IMG/VR virus record: IMGVR_UViG_3300020204_000022
Coordinates: 8,555 to 72,554 of that record
Length of the DNA: 64,000 bases
DNA from: a virus
Direction: 5' to 3' (one strand)
Of this stretch, positions 38,372 to 47,573 are shown piece after piece. Each line of letters begins with the position of its first letter. Position 1 is the stretch's first letter. The notes under the pieces are model-generated. The model searched no databases. It was not told the DNA's origin and saw only the letters and a list, made by a program, of their open reading frames with translations. The position numbers and the translations under genes were made by a program.

Positions 38372-38860
38372 ATGGAGAATAAGAATTTTCAACAATGTGC
38401 ACAGATTGATGTCAATAACGACTATCAAGATTTAAGAGAAAAAGGAAATGATGCTTTAGAACTAATCTATAACATGCAGAAATCGATCCAAGAAGAAGTA
38501 TATGGATACAACTTTGAAGAGATCCGGTCTTCAATTGGAAAGTTAAAAGAATTTATTGATTGGAACGAGGAAGCAATCCGAGACGAGGACAGGGAAATGC
38601 AAAATGCTCTTACCGGAATCCACACTTATCCTTCCTGTTGGAAGCCTTGGAAATCAAAACACAAAGAAGCAATGGCAAGATCCCTTTCGGATTTAACTGA
38701 AGAGGAATTGAAAGAACTTAGATATGAATGGATAGACAAGTTACATTTCATAATGAATGAAGCCATTGCAATTGGATTAACCCCTGAAATGATTACTAAC
38801 TACTATGTTGCTAAGAATAAGCATAACGTAGAGAGACAAAATAGACCAGGCGGATATTAA
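38372..38860 (+). CDS. all-alpha (dimeric) dUTPase / NTP-pyrophosphohydrolase-like protein
   Basis: WKPWKSKH...[48 protein letters not shown] matches the dimeric dUTPase family pattern, from memory. Confidence 0.55.
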   Translation: MENKNFQQCAQIDVNNDYQDLREKGNDALELIYNMQKSIQEEVYGYNFEEIRSSIGKLKEFIDWNEEAIRDEDREMQNALTGIHTYPSCWKPWKSKHKEAMARSLSDLTEEELKELRYEWIDKLHFIMNEAIAIGLTPEMITNYYVAKNKHNVERQNRPGGY

Positions 38861-38903
38861 TTTACTAAATCTTACTCAAAACATAAAAATAAATAGAAAC
38901 CCT

Positions 38904-39887
38904 ATGATGGAAGAATATTCGTTACCAGAACCGATCCTACAAGAAAATCCAGATCGATTTGTCATTTTCCCAATTCAACACGATGAACTTTGGTCTCAGT
39001 ATAAGAATCAAATGGCATGCATTTGGACTGCCGAAGAAATTGATCTTTCTTCAGATCTGGATCATTGGAGAAACGAATTGAACGAGGATGAAAAACATTT
39101 CATCAAACACGTTTTGGCCTTCTTCGCAGCTTCGGATGGAATCGTGAATGAAAATTTGGCAGAGAACTTTGTCAGAGAAGTTCAATACACGGAAGCAAAA
39201 TTTTTCTACGGGTTTCAAATCATGATGGAAAACATTCACTCTGAAACCTATTCTTTGTTGATTGATACCTATATTTCTGACCCCCAGGAAAAGCACCGTC
39301 TATTTCACGCCATTGAAACTATTCCTGCCGTGAAGAAAAAAGCAGATTGGGCGCTGAAATGGATTAACTCGCCGCATTTTCAAGAGAGATTGATTGCTTT
39401 TGCTGCAGTAGAAGGAATTTTCTTTTCTGGATCTTTCTGTTCAATCTTTTGGTTGAAGAAAAGAGGTCTGATGCCAGGTCTTTCTTTTTCCAATGAACTA
39501 ATTTCACGGGACGAGGGACTGCACTGTGACTTCGCTGTTCTTCTTCACAATAAATATCTTTCAAACAAAGTTTCGGAAGAGAGAATCAAGGAAATTATTG
39601 TCAGCGCCTTGGCCATCGAAAAAGAATTTATTTTAGAATCTCTTCCGGTGAGACTGATTGGAATGAACTCTGATCTTATGAGTCAATACCTGGAATTTGT
39701 AACAGATAGACTTTTGGTTTCTTTGGGATGTTCGAAGGTATATGGGTCGGAAAATCCATTTGACTTCATGACCAACATTTCTTTACAGGGTAAAACCAAC
39801 TTCTTTGAAAAAAGAGTGGCTGAATATCAGAAGGCGGGAGTTCTCAATGCATCATCCGATGCTTTTGATTTGGATGTAGATTTCTAA
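38904..39887 (+). CDS. nrdB: ribonucleotide reductase small subunit (class Ia R2)
   Basis: [12 protein letters not shown]...[15 protein letters not shown]...[17 protein letters not shown]...[17 protein letters not shown]...EGIFFSGSF...ISRDEGLH. Confidence 0.97.
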   Translation: MMEEYSLPEPILQENPDRFVIFPIQHDELWSQYKNQMACIWTAEEIDLSSDLDHWRNELNEDEKHFIKHVLAFFAASDGIVNENLAENFVREVQYTEAKFFYGFQIMMENIHSETYSLLIDTYISDPQEKHRLFHAIETIPAVKKKADWALKWINSPHFQERLIAFAAVEGIFFSGSFCSIFWLKKRGLMPGLSFSNELISRDEGLHCDFAVLLHNKYLSNKVSEERIKEIIVSALAIEKEFILESLPVRLIGMNSDLMSQYLEFVTDRLLVSLGCSKVYGSENPFDFMTNISLQGKTNFFEKRVAEYQKAGVLNASSDAFDLDVDF

Positions 39888-39902
39888 AAAAAATTCATAA
39901 AA

Positions 39903-41090
39903 ATGTTTGTAAAAAAGAGAGATGGTTCGAAAGAAGCAGTCAGATTTGATAAAATCTCAAATCGGATTCGAAAGGTAACCTATGGATTAAATTCTGACTT
40001 CGTAGATGCTATGGAGATAGCACAAAAAGTTATTGCCGGTATTTATGATGGAATTTCAACTTGGGAACTGGATAATTTAGCAGCAGAAACAGCTGCTTCT
40101 TTGATTCCACGACATCCAGACTACTCCATCTTGGCTTCTAGAATAGCGGTTTCAAGATTGCACAAATCTACAAAGAAAAAATTCTCGGAAACTATCCAGG
40201 ATTTGTTTTCCTACATCGATCCCGAAACCGGATTGGAATCTGGTTTGATCTCCGAAGAAACCTATCGGGTGGTGATGGAACATAAAGACACTTTGGATTC
40301 AGCCATTATTCACGATCGGGATTTTAATTTCGAATATTTTGGTTTTAAAACACTCGAGAAAAGTTACCTTCTCAAGATGCTCGGCAAACCGGCAGAAACC
40401 CCTCAACACATGTACATGAGAGTAGCGGTTGGAATTTGGGGGGATGACATCAAAAACACGATTAAGACCTACGAGTTGCTTTCAAATCACATGATGACTC
40501 ACGCAACTCCGACACTTTTTAACGCCGGAACGAAAAAGCCTCAATTGTCTTCCTGTTTCTTGTTAACCATGTCGGAAGATTCTATCCCCGGAATTTACAA
40601 AACTCTTTCCGACGTTGCCTTGATTTCTCAGCATGCCGGGGGAATTGGTTTGGCAATTCACAATGTTAGAGCAACAGATTCTTACATCAGAGGAACAAAT
40701 GGTAAATCAAATGGGATTATACCTATGCTTAGAGTTTATAATGAAACCGCTAGGTATGTTGACCAATGTTTTGTTGGTGAAACTTTGATTAAAATGGAAG
40801 GCGGATTCTCTAGAATTGATGAAATATATCCTGGGGATTTTGTTATCTCTTCAGATGGTAATAAACACGAGGTAATTCAAAATTTGGATTACCCCATTGG
40901 AGATAAAAATTTAATATCAGTTCAAACGGAAGATGGAGAAAACATAGTAACAGAAGATCATCTTTTTTTAGTTGTTAGAAACGGATCATCTATTGACAAT
41001 TTAGAAGAAAAGTTATCTATGGGAATTGTAGAAGCAGAGTGGATTGAGGCAAAAAAATTAACGGATAGCGATATTTTACTAAAAATGTAA
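39903..41090 (+). CDS. nrdA: ribonucleotide reductase large subunit, N-terminal piece (ATP cone to ...ARYVDQ) fused to an N-intein-like half
   Basis: ATP cone [17 protein letters not shown]1 blocks up to [19 protein letters not shown]. Then CFVGETLI...VTEDHLFLV (Hint blocks A and B), ending at a TAA. Confidence 0.9.
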   Translation: MFVKKRDGSKEAVRFDKISNRIRKVTYGLNSDFVDAMEIAQKVIAGIYDGISTWELDNLAAETAASLIPRHPDYSILASRIAVSRLHKSTKKKFSETIQDLFSYIDPETGLESGLISEETYRVVMEHKDTLDSAIIHDRDFNFEYFGFKTLEKSYLLKMLGKPAETPQHMYMRVAVGIWGDDIKNTIKTYELLSNHMMTHATPTLFNAGTKKPQLSSCFLLTMSEDSIPGIYKTLSDVALISQHAGGIGLAIHNVRATDSYIRGTNGKSNGIIPMLRVYNETARYVDQCFVGETLIKMEGGFSRIDEIYPGDFVISSDGNKHEVIQNLDYPIGDKNLISVQTEDGENIVTEDHLFLVVRNGSSIDNLEEKLSMGIVEAEWIEAKKLTDSDILLKM

Positions 41091-41317
41091 AATTATTTCA
41101 AAGTAAAAATAAAATTCATAAAATGGCAAACATCTTTTTACATCACCCTCTACAGGATGGAGAGCTCCATGAGGAATCATCTGTACTTTCTGTCTCTAAA
41201 TTGAAATTCAATAAGGTAACAAAAGTAGAAAAAATATCAGGTAGGGAAGGAAAAGTTTACGATCTGCGAATTTCTGAGATTCCTAATTACTCTACGAATG
41301 TATCAATTGTTCACAAT
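40767..41317 (+). mobile_element. split mini-intein-like (Hint) element inside nrdA: 107-aa N half, stop plus 32-nt gap, 65-aa C half
   Basis: Cys1 at 40767 (DQ|CFVGETL), block B TEDH, stop at 41088, restart ATG at 41123. C half ends KVYDLRISEIPNYSTNVSIVHN|GGGKRKGSFAIYLEPWH. No endonuclease domain. Confidence 0.8.
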
Positions 41318-42919
41318 GGGGGTGGAAAGAGAAAGGGAAGCTTCGCCATTTATCTAGAACCTTGGCATGCTGATGTTGAAGATTTTCTGGACTTAAGAAA
41401 AAATACAGGTAAAGAAGAAAGAAGAGCCAGAGATTTGTTTTTGGCTTTGTGGATTCCCGATTTATTTATGGAGAGGGTTCACGAGGATTCTACCTGGTCT
41501 TTGTTTTCTCCATCCGAAGTTCCCAATTTACATGAAAAATTTGGAAAGGAATTCAATGCCGCTTATTTGGAAGCAGAAGAGGCTGGGAAGGCCAGAAAAA
41601 CAATTAAGGCCCGGGATTTGTGGGGCAAGATTTTGGATTCACAAATTGAAACCGGAACCCCATATATTTTGTATAAGGATGCGGCCAACAGGAAATCCAA
41701 CCAACAAAATTTAGGTACAATCAAATCTTCTAATTTGTGCACAGAAATTATAGAATATGCCAGTAAAGACGAAACTGCAGTTTGTAACTTGGCTTCGATC
41801 GCGGTGAATAAGTTTCTGAAATCTACAGACGCAAGAACCTCCAAGATTGCCAGAAAAAAATGCGAGGTAGATCACGAATTGCTTTACAATGTTGCCTACC
41901 AAACAACATTAAATTTGAACAAGGTAATTGATGTTAATTTTTATCCAACCCCAGAAACTAAAAATTCGAATTTCAGACACCGCCCAATTGGCATTGGAAT
42001 TCAGGGTTTAGCTGATCTTTTTGCCATTATGGGATTGCCATTTACATCTCCAGAGGCAAGAAAAATCAACTCTGAAATTTTTGAAACCATTTACTTCGCT
42101 TCTATGTCTGCTTCTGTGGATTTGGCTAAGAAAGAAGGTCATTATGAGAGTTTTCCTGGATCTCCTCTTTGCCAAGGCAAATTCCAATTTAACCTCTGGG
42201 ACGTTACAGATTCCGAACTTTCTGGTAGATGGGACTGGGATAAATTGAGAAAATCTGTGATGAAACACGGATCCAGAAATTCTTTGCTTCTGGCACCCAT
42301 GCCAACCGCGAGCACAGCTCAAATTATGGGAAACAATGAAGCATTTGAACCTTTTACCTCCAATATTTATACAAGAAGAACCCTGTCGGGAGAATTTATC
42401 ATCATCAACAAATATCTTGTGAAAGATCTAATCAATTTGGGTCTTTGGAATGAAGATGTTAAAAATTTGATTATCATCCACAAAGGATCTGTTCAAAACA
42501 TTCCAAACATCCCCGATGACATCAAGGAGGTTTACAAAACGGTTTGGGAAATCAAACAGAAAGATCTTATTGAGATGTCTGCAGAAAGAGGTAGATTCAT
42601 TTGTCAATCCCAATCTCTCAACCTTTTCATTGAAGGTGTTAACGCTGCCAAATTAACTGCCGCCCATTTCCATTCTTGGAAATTGGGTTTGAAAACTGGC
42701 ATGTATTATCTTCGCACTAAGTCCGCTGTAGACGCCATGACTGGACTTGGGATAGACGTTTCTAAATATCAGACAATACCAAAAAAAGAAGAGCCCAAAG
42801 TTTTCAAAAAGACTTTGGAAACCCCAAATGAAGAATTACAAGTTCTGGCCAACCAAACTTTAGAAGATTTAAGTTGTAGTTTGGACAACCCAGATGATTG
42901 TATCGCCTGTGGATCTTAA
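41123..42919 (+). CDS. nrdA: C-intein-like half fused to ribonucleotide reductase large subunit C-terminal piece
   Basis: After ...SIVHN the sequence resumes exactly at the conserved GGGKRKGSFAIYLEPWH. Catalytic SSNLCTEI, PMPTASTAQI, YYLR and C-terminal CIACGS are present. Confidence 0.9.
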   Translation: MANIFLHHPLQDGELHEESSVLSVSKLKFNKVTKVEKISGREGKVYDLRISEIPNYSTNVSIVHNGGGKRKGSFAIYLEPWHADVEDFLDLRKNTGKEERRARDLFLALWIPDLFMERVHEDSTWSLFSPSEVPNLHEKFGKEFNAAYLEAEEAGKARKTIKARDLWGKILDSQIETGTPYILYKDAANRKSNQQNLGTIKSSNLCTEIIEYASKDETAVCNLASIAVNKFLKSTDARTSKIARKKCEVDHELLYNVAYQTTLNLNKVIDVNFYPTPETKNSNFRHRPIGIGIQGLADLFAIMGLPFTSPEARKINSEIFETIYFASMSASVDLAKKEGHYESFPGSPLCQGKFQFNLWDVTDSELSGRWDWDKLRKSVMKHGSRNSLLLAPMPTASTAQIMGNNEAFEPFTSNIYTRRTLSGEFIIINKYLVKDLINLGLWNEDVKNLIIIHKGSVQNIPNIPDDIKEVYKTVWEIKQKDLIEMSAERGRFICQSQSLNLFIEGVNAAKLTAAHFHSWKLGLKTGMYYLRTKSAVDAMTGLGIDVSKYQTIPKKEEPKVFKKTLETPNEELQVLANQTLEDLSCSLDNPDDCIACGS

Positions 42920-42940
42920 TTTTACATTTTAATAAAAACC

Positions 42941-43159
42941 ATGACAAATATTTTAATCTTTAACACCAAAAAACACACCCTCCAGGTAGAATCTGAATCA
43001 CGACATCTAAGAGGAGTGTACTCTGAAATCATGACCATTCAACTTTCTCAAGCCCATTACAATTTTTATGAGGTTTATCAAGAAAGCCAAGATTCAAGAA
43101 GAGTTCCCCTTTTCAGATTCCCAATTCAAAATACGATTATTAAATATGAGCACAGTTAA
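42941..43159 (+). CDS. hypothetical small protein
   Basis: 72-aa ORF filling the gap between nrdA and adk. No motif recognised. Confidence 0.35.
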   Translation: MTNILIFNTKKHTLQVESESRHLRGVYSEIMTIQLSQAHYNFYEVYQESQDSRRVPLFRFPIQNTIIKYEHS

Positions 43160-43787
43160 AAAATTCGACGAATTTGTCCACCTTCACGAAAGAGAGCTTC
43201 CTGATTTTCAGGGCAAGATCTTAGTAATCATGGGCCCTCCTGGATCCGGGAAAGGGACCTTCTCAAAAAGACTTTCTGAAAAAGAAGGTTACAATCATAT
43301 TTCTACTGGGGATTTGATTCGAAAATCGAAGGACCCAGAATTAAAAGCGAAGATTGCAAAGGGCGAGTATATTGACGATGGAACGATGGTATCAATGCTC
43401 AGAAAAGAACTTAAAAAGTTAGATCCTGGAATGGGAATCATTCTCGACGGATTTCCTAGAACGGTTAAACAGGCTGGAATGTTGGACTCTTTGCTCGGTA
43501 AAATGGGATTAGGTCTAAGCCACACAATCTATTTGGATTTGGACGAAAAAACCGCTACGGATAGGATTTTATCCAGAGCCGAAAAAGAAAATCGTGAGGA
43601 TGACAAAGATCCAGAGGTAATTAAAAAAAGATTCCAAACCTACACGGAAAAAACTGCTCCTCTGATCGATCTGTACACCAAAAGCAGAAAATTGAAAAAA
43701 TTCGACTCCGGTGTAGGAATAGATCGTTTATACAAAAAAATTGTGAACCAACTGAATCTCAAAAAAACCGATTCTAAAACAAATTAA
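43146..43787 (+). CDS. adk: adenylate kinase (short-LID type) with about 24-aa N-terminal CTS-like extension
   Basis: GPPGSGKGT P-loop, ISTGDLIR, ILDGFPRTVKQA, short LID RAEKENREDDKDPEVIKKRF. The start is taken at the internal ATG 43146 (MSTVKKFDEFVHLHE) of track ORF 43068..43787. Confidence 0.85.
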   Translation: MSTVKKFDEFVHLHERELPDFQGKILVIMGPPGSGKGTFSKRLSEKEGYNHISTGDLIRKSKDPELKAKIAKGEYIDDGTMVSMLRKELKKLDPGMGIILDGFPRTVKQAGMLDSLLGKMGLGLSHTIYLDLDEKTATDRILSRAEKENREDDKDPEVIKKRFQTYTEKTAPLIDLYTKSRKLKKFDSGVGIDRLYKKIVNQLNLKKTDSKTN

Positions 43788-43820
43788 AAGAAACAGGTCA
43801 ACCTGAATCACATTTAATTT

Positions 43821-44501
43821 ATGTCAAAATACAAGGTAGATTTACTGACGGGATTTGTAGAAAACTTCGAAGAAGAAATTCATCTGAAGAATAAAATCGA
43901 AATGTCACATTTTAGCCAGGTTGGTAAAATAGGAATACAGCTCGAAAATTATTTGTTTAAAATTGGGATGGATCTCAAGCCAACAAAATTGGCGGCAGGA
44001 CCCAATCCAACTTTACATGTCAAATTTCGAAGAAAGCTTTCTGATTCATTCCTGGCGGAAACCCTAATTGGATTCTTCGTTGAAAGTGGAATAAAATTCA
44101 AACAGCACCTTCATTCTGGATCCTTTCCTTTATTCACTGTAAAGAATGATACGGTCCCAGAACTTTTGGAAGGGATTGGATATTCTTTATTTTCCATTTA
44201 TTCGCCGAGTTCTAATGGATTTCTCGGAATAAAGTTGGAAATATTAACAACAAATCAAATTGTGAAAATTTTGGATTCGAAATTGGCAAATTTAACTTTG
44301 TTGATTTGGACTGGACGAACTTTAAAAAAATCATCCTTTGCAAATACTCAAAACATACCAGAGGAAAATAGTTCGGATTTCTTGGACCTTGAACTGGTTT
44401 CCGAATCAAAATCAAATCCCATCCGTATAAAGGCGAACTTTACCAAATCTAGTCTTCTGGGTTACACGTTGGAGAAAATTTTAGAAATTCAGAAAATCTG
44501 A
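43821..44501 (+). CDS. hypothetical protein
   Basis: 226-aa ORF. No motif recognised. Confidence 0.5.
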   Translation: MSKYKVDLLTGFVENFEEEIHLKNKIEMSHFSQVGKIGIQLENYLFKIGMDLKPTKLAAGPNPTLHVKFRRKLSDSFLAETLIGFFVESGIKFKQHLHSGSFPLFTVKNDTVPELLEGIGYSLFSIYSPSSNGFLGIKLEILTTNQIVKILDSKLANLTLLIWTGRTLKKSSFANTQNIPEENSSDFLDLELVSESKSNPIRIKANFTKSSLLGYTLEKILEIQKI

Positions 44502-44518
44502 AATTTTTTCAAAAAATT

Positions 44519-44526
44519 AGATATAA
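44519..44526 (+). promoter_or_regulatory. degenerate late-promoter-like motif AGATATAA
   Basis: Intergenic. Ends about 15 nt before the ATG at 44542. Lacks the full ATATATA core. Confidence 0.3.
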
Positions 44527-44541
44527 AAAGAAAGTTTTTTT

Positions 44542-45789
44542 ATGTCTAAATCCACAAAGAATAAACCAAAATCCAAAAAATCTCCATCTAAATCACTAAC
44601 TTCTTTAACGGGTTTACCCCACAAACAAAAGTTCACCTTTTGTTTGGTCATGATCGTCAAAGACGAAGGTGACACAATTCGCAAATGTCTTGAAAGAGTT
44701 GCACCTTATATTTCCTATTGGGTAATCTGTGATACTGGTTCTCGGGACAATACCATTTCTGAGATCAGGAGTACCATGGAAGAATTAAATATCCCGGGCG
44801 AACTCCATGAAAGACCTTGGGTTAATTTCGAAGTCAATCGAACAGAAAGTTTGGAATTATCCTATGGAAAGTGTGATTATCGATGGATTATTGATGCCGA
44901 TGATTTATTTGAAAATTTAAATCCAGGAACAAATCCCTTTTCAGATTTACCAGACGGAGTAGACTGCTTTCAAATTCAATACAAGTTGAATTCTTTGCAG
45001 TACTACCGGGCTCAAATTGTGAAGTCTGACCAAAATTGGGTTTACAAAGGGGTTCTTCACGAATATTTAGATTTGCCTGGAAAACAACCTTTATATCAGG
45101 CACAAATCCCCAACGACAGATGTTTGGTGAACGCCAATATCTCCCCGTTAAAAAGAGCTTCTTCTTTGGAAGAAAAGTACTCTAAAGACGCTGAAATTTT
45201 GGAGAAAGCTTTAAAGGAGGATCCCACCAATACCAGATACATGTTTTATCTCGCCCAAAGTTATCGGGATTCAAACCAAAACCTAAAGTCTCTACAAGCC
45301 TATGAAAAAAGAGCCAACGCTGGGGGATGGCCAGAAGAGATCTACTACTCTTTGTACATGATTGGAAGGTTGAAAGAAAAACTCGGGAGACATCCGGACG
45401 AGGTCATTCAGGCCTATTCTAAAGCTTGGGAATTCAGACCAGAAAGACTTGAGGCGGTATTTCACTGTATGAGAAAATTGAGGGAGCAAAATCGGTTTGT
45501 GTTGTCTTTCACCTATGGTACGATGGCCATGAAGAATCCAGGAACCGGAGACATCCTATTTATCGAACCAGAAATTTGGCAATGGAGGTTGTTGGACGAA
45601 TTTTCTTTGGCTGCCTATCACACTGGAAATCCGGAAATTTCCTACGAAAAAATGAAACAAGTTACCGAAATGCCTTTTTTCGGATCATTTCATCCAGGGG
45701 AAAAAGAAAGAATCCTCAGAAATTTAGAAAACTTCAAAAAGGCAGCAGCCATGAAGCTAAATTCACAAAATCAACCGGCTTCAGCATAA
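44542..45789 (+). CDS. family-2 glycosyltransferase with C-terminal TPR-like region
   Basis: FCLVMIVKDEGDTIRKCLERVAPYISYWVICDTGSRDNT is a GT2 N-terminal signature. A helical-repeat C-terminal half follows (YMFYLAQSYRDSNQNLKSLQAYEKR). Confidence 0.65.
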   Translation: MSKSTKNKPKSKKSPSKSLTSLTGLPHKQKFTFCLVMIVKDEGDTIRKCLERVAPYISYWVICDTGSRDNTISEIRSTMEELNIPGELHERPWVNFEVNRTESLELSYGKCDYRWIIDADDLFENLNPGTNPFSDLPDGVDCFQIQYKLNSLQYYRAQIVKSDQNWVYKGVLHEYLDLPGKQPLYQAQIPNDRCLVNANISPLKRASSLEEKYSKDAEILEKALKEDPTNTRYMFYLAQSYRDSNQNLKSLQAYEKRANAGGWPEEIYYSLYMIGRLKEKLGRHPDEVIQAYSKAWEFRPERLEAVFHCMRKLREQNRFVLSFTYGTMAMKNPGTGDILFIEPEIWQWRLLDEFSLAAYHTGNPEISYEKMKQVTEMPFFGSFHPGEKERILRNLENFKKAAAMKLNSQNQPASA

Positions 45790-45799
45790 AAGAAAAAAG

Positions 45800-46195
45800 A
45801 TGGAAGTGCTCTCGATGTATCCTGTTAAAAAGTCAGATCTTGGCTTCCATGGAAATTTGTTCGGCGGTCAGTTGCTGAAATGGATTGATGCTGCTGCTGC
45901 TGGATATGCCATGCAGCTGTGTGATTCTCCAAGAATGGTAACTGTGTCCATAGATAAATGCTTTTTCGAAAGGCCTGCAAAAGAAGGTCAACTTTTAAAA
46001 ATTTATGGAAATCCGGCTGAAATCGGCACAACGTCGGTTACAATTTATATCGAGGCAAGAGCACACAACGTGTACACTGGAGATCAGAAAGTAATTCTTA
46101 GAACAAACATCAAATTTGTGAGGATTGACGAGGAAGGAAACCCAATCCCTATCTCGGAACGATCAAAAACCCGTATTTCGGAAAAAATAAAATAA
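45800..46195 (+). CDS. hotdog-fold acyl-CoA thioesterase
   Basis: HGNLFGGQLLKWIDAAAAGYAMQ...VTVSID...F-RP...G-LL. Confidence 0.75.
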   Translation: MEVLSMYPVKKSDLGFHGNLFGGQLLKWIDAAAAGYAMQLCDSPRMVTVSIDKCFFERPAKEGQLLKIYGNPAEIGTTSVTIYIEARAHNVYTGDQKVILRTNIKFVRIDEEGNPIPISERSKTRISEKIK

Positions 46196-46225
46196 TTTTC
46201 ACAAATCTAAAAATAAAAAATTAAA

Positions 46226-46657
46226 ATGAAACAATTACTTATAATCCTGCTTGTTCTACTTAGCTCAATGTCATTCGCCCAAAAACCTATGGTTGGTTTT
46301 ACCCAAGAAGAAATCAAACATCGAAATAGACTTGAATTTAAAATAACCGAATGGGATGTGATTAGACAGGATGAATATTGGGTAATGTACACTGCTAGCC
46401 CTTACCTTGATATGACCACATTTTATTTCTTTAGATATGGTGGGACAAAAAACTTTTTAGCCAGCCACTCAACAAAAGATGACGATGTTGCGGTTAGGTT
46501 GTACCAAAGTATTATGAAATCTCATCACGATTTGGGGGATAATAAATTTTTAAGTAAAGAAAATAATTTAATATGTGAGTATAATTTTTATAAAGAAACA
46601 AGTACACATAATTTCATTTATTTCACATCTGAGGGTAAAAATATTTTTAAGAATTAA
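46226..46657 (+). CDS. secreted hypothetical protein
   Basis: Signal peptide MKQLLIILLVLLSSMSFAQKP. Confidence 0.55.
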   Translation: MKQLLIILLVLLSSMSFAQKPMVGFTQEEIKHRNRLEFKITEWDVIRQDEYWVMYTASPYLDMTTFYFFRYGGTKNFLASHSTKDDDVAVRLYQSIMKSHHDLGDNKFLSKENNLICEYNFYKETSTHNFIYFTSEGKNIFKN

Positions 46658-46694
46658 ACAAAACACTTATTTGAAATTTTTTTGTTGAAAAGAA

Positions 46695-46704
46695 GAATAT
46701 ATAA
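46695..46704 (+). promoter_or_regulatory. late-promoter-like motif GAATATATAA
   Basis: Ends only 4 nt before the ATG at 46708, which implies a leaderless or near-leaderless transcript if it is a -10-type element. Confidence 0.4.
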
Positions 46705-46707
46705 GTT

Positions 46708-47298
46708 ATGCAAATACCCGATCCAGAATTGTGGTCAAAGATCCACAACCAAAAAGTTTTCGAGATTGTTAATTTCGAAAGATTCAATTATCACATAGAT
46801 AACAATCTTTCACTTTCTGAGAGCGTCTTCAGAATTGGTTCAGAATCATGGTTTCAGATGATCAATGAGGCCAGAGAACTTTGGGAAAACAACGTTTTGA
46901 ATTTTAATGAGGATGAACTATTTTTTCTGGAGTCAGATCTAGGTAAAAGAGATTTTTTCGAAGGTGTTGAAGTTTGGCTTGACGTTCCATTTCTAGAAGA
47001 AGACCTACACGAGGCGGAATATAGAGGGAGAAAAGTAAATCTCAATAGACCTTTCAGAACTTCCGGAGGTCCTAGAAAATTTGGGGTCTACACAAAAAAT
47101 GAATCCGGAAAAGTTGTTTTAGTTAGATTTGGACAGCCAGGAATGAGGGTGAGAAACGACGACCCTAAAAGGGCAAAGTCGTTCAGAGCCAGACACGGAT
47201 GCGATAACCCTGGACCAAAATGGAAACCTAGATATTGGTCCTGTAATGTTGCCAGATATCGCAAACTTCTTGGCATTAAATCCAGTAGTCCCTGGTGA
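46708..47298 (+). CDS. hypothetical protein with basic C-terminal motif
   Basis: C-terminal RKFGVYTKNESGKVVLVRFGQPGMRVRNDDPKRAKSFRARHGCDNPGPKWKPRYWSCNV. Recalled as recurrent in marine phages. Function unknown. Confidence 0.55.
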   Translation: MQIPDPELWSKIHNQKVFEIVNFERFNYHIDNNLSLSESVFRIGSESWFQMINEARELWENNVLNFNEDELFFLESDLGKRDFFEGVEVWLDVPFLEEDLHEAEYRGRKVNLNRPFRTSGGPRKFGVYTKNESGKVVLVRFGQPGMRVRNDDPKRAKSFRARHGCDNPGPKWKPRYWSCNVARYRKLLGIKSSSPW

Positions 47299-47561
47299 AA
47301 TCCCTTCCGTTCACAGAAGATAAAATTTCTGACGGGATATACAAAAGAACATTTGATCCCTCAACTGAAAGTGTCGAACTGAAGTGGCATCAAGACTCCG
47401 AAGATAGGATTGTGATTTTTTTGGGTAACACCGATTGGATGTATCAGGAAGACGATGTTTTACCAGTTCCAGCCATAGGAGAATTTTTCATTCCTGCCGG
47501 AAAATGGCACAGACTTTTAAAAGGTAAAACAAAATTGGATGTTCTGATTCAAAAATTTTGA
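47295..47561 (+). CDS. hypothetical small protein (GTG start, GTGA overlap)
   Basis: 88-aa ORF tiled between neighbours. Confidence 0.4.
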   Translation: MKSLPFTEDKISDGIYKRTFDPSTESVELKWHQDSEDRIVIFLGNTDWMYQEDDVLPVPAIGEFFIPAGKWHRLLKGKTKLDVLIQKF

Positions 47562-47570
47562 TACATATAG
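47560..47570 (+). promoter_or_regulatory. degenerate late-promoter-like motif GATACATATAG
   Basis: Overlaps the upstream stop. Ends 4 nt before the ATG at 47574. Confidence 0.3.
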
Positions 47571-47573
47571 AAC

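Noticed and set aside
40767-41317. Canonical, splicing-competent contiguous intein in nrdA
   Set aside because: An in-frame TAA and a 32-nt gap break it into two ORFs, and the +1 residue is Gly. It is therefore reported as a split or possibly non-ligating Hint element.
45576-45878. 100-aa +ORF bridging the GT2-TPR and thioesterase genes
   Set aside because: It is out of frame with both well-supported genes and overlaps them almost completely.
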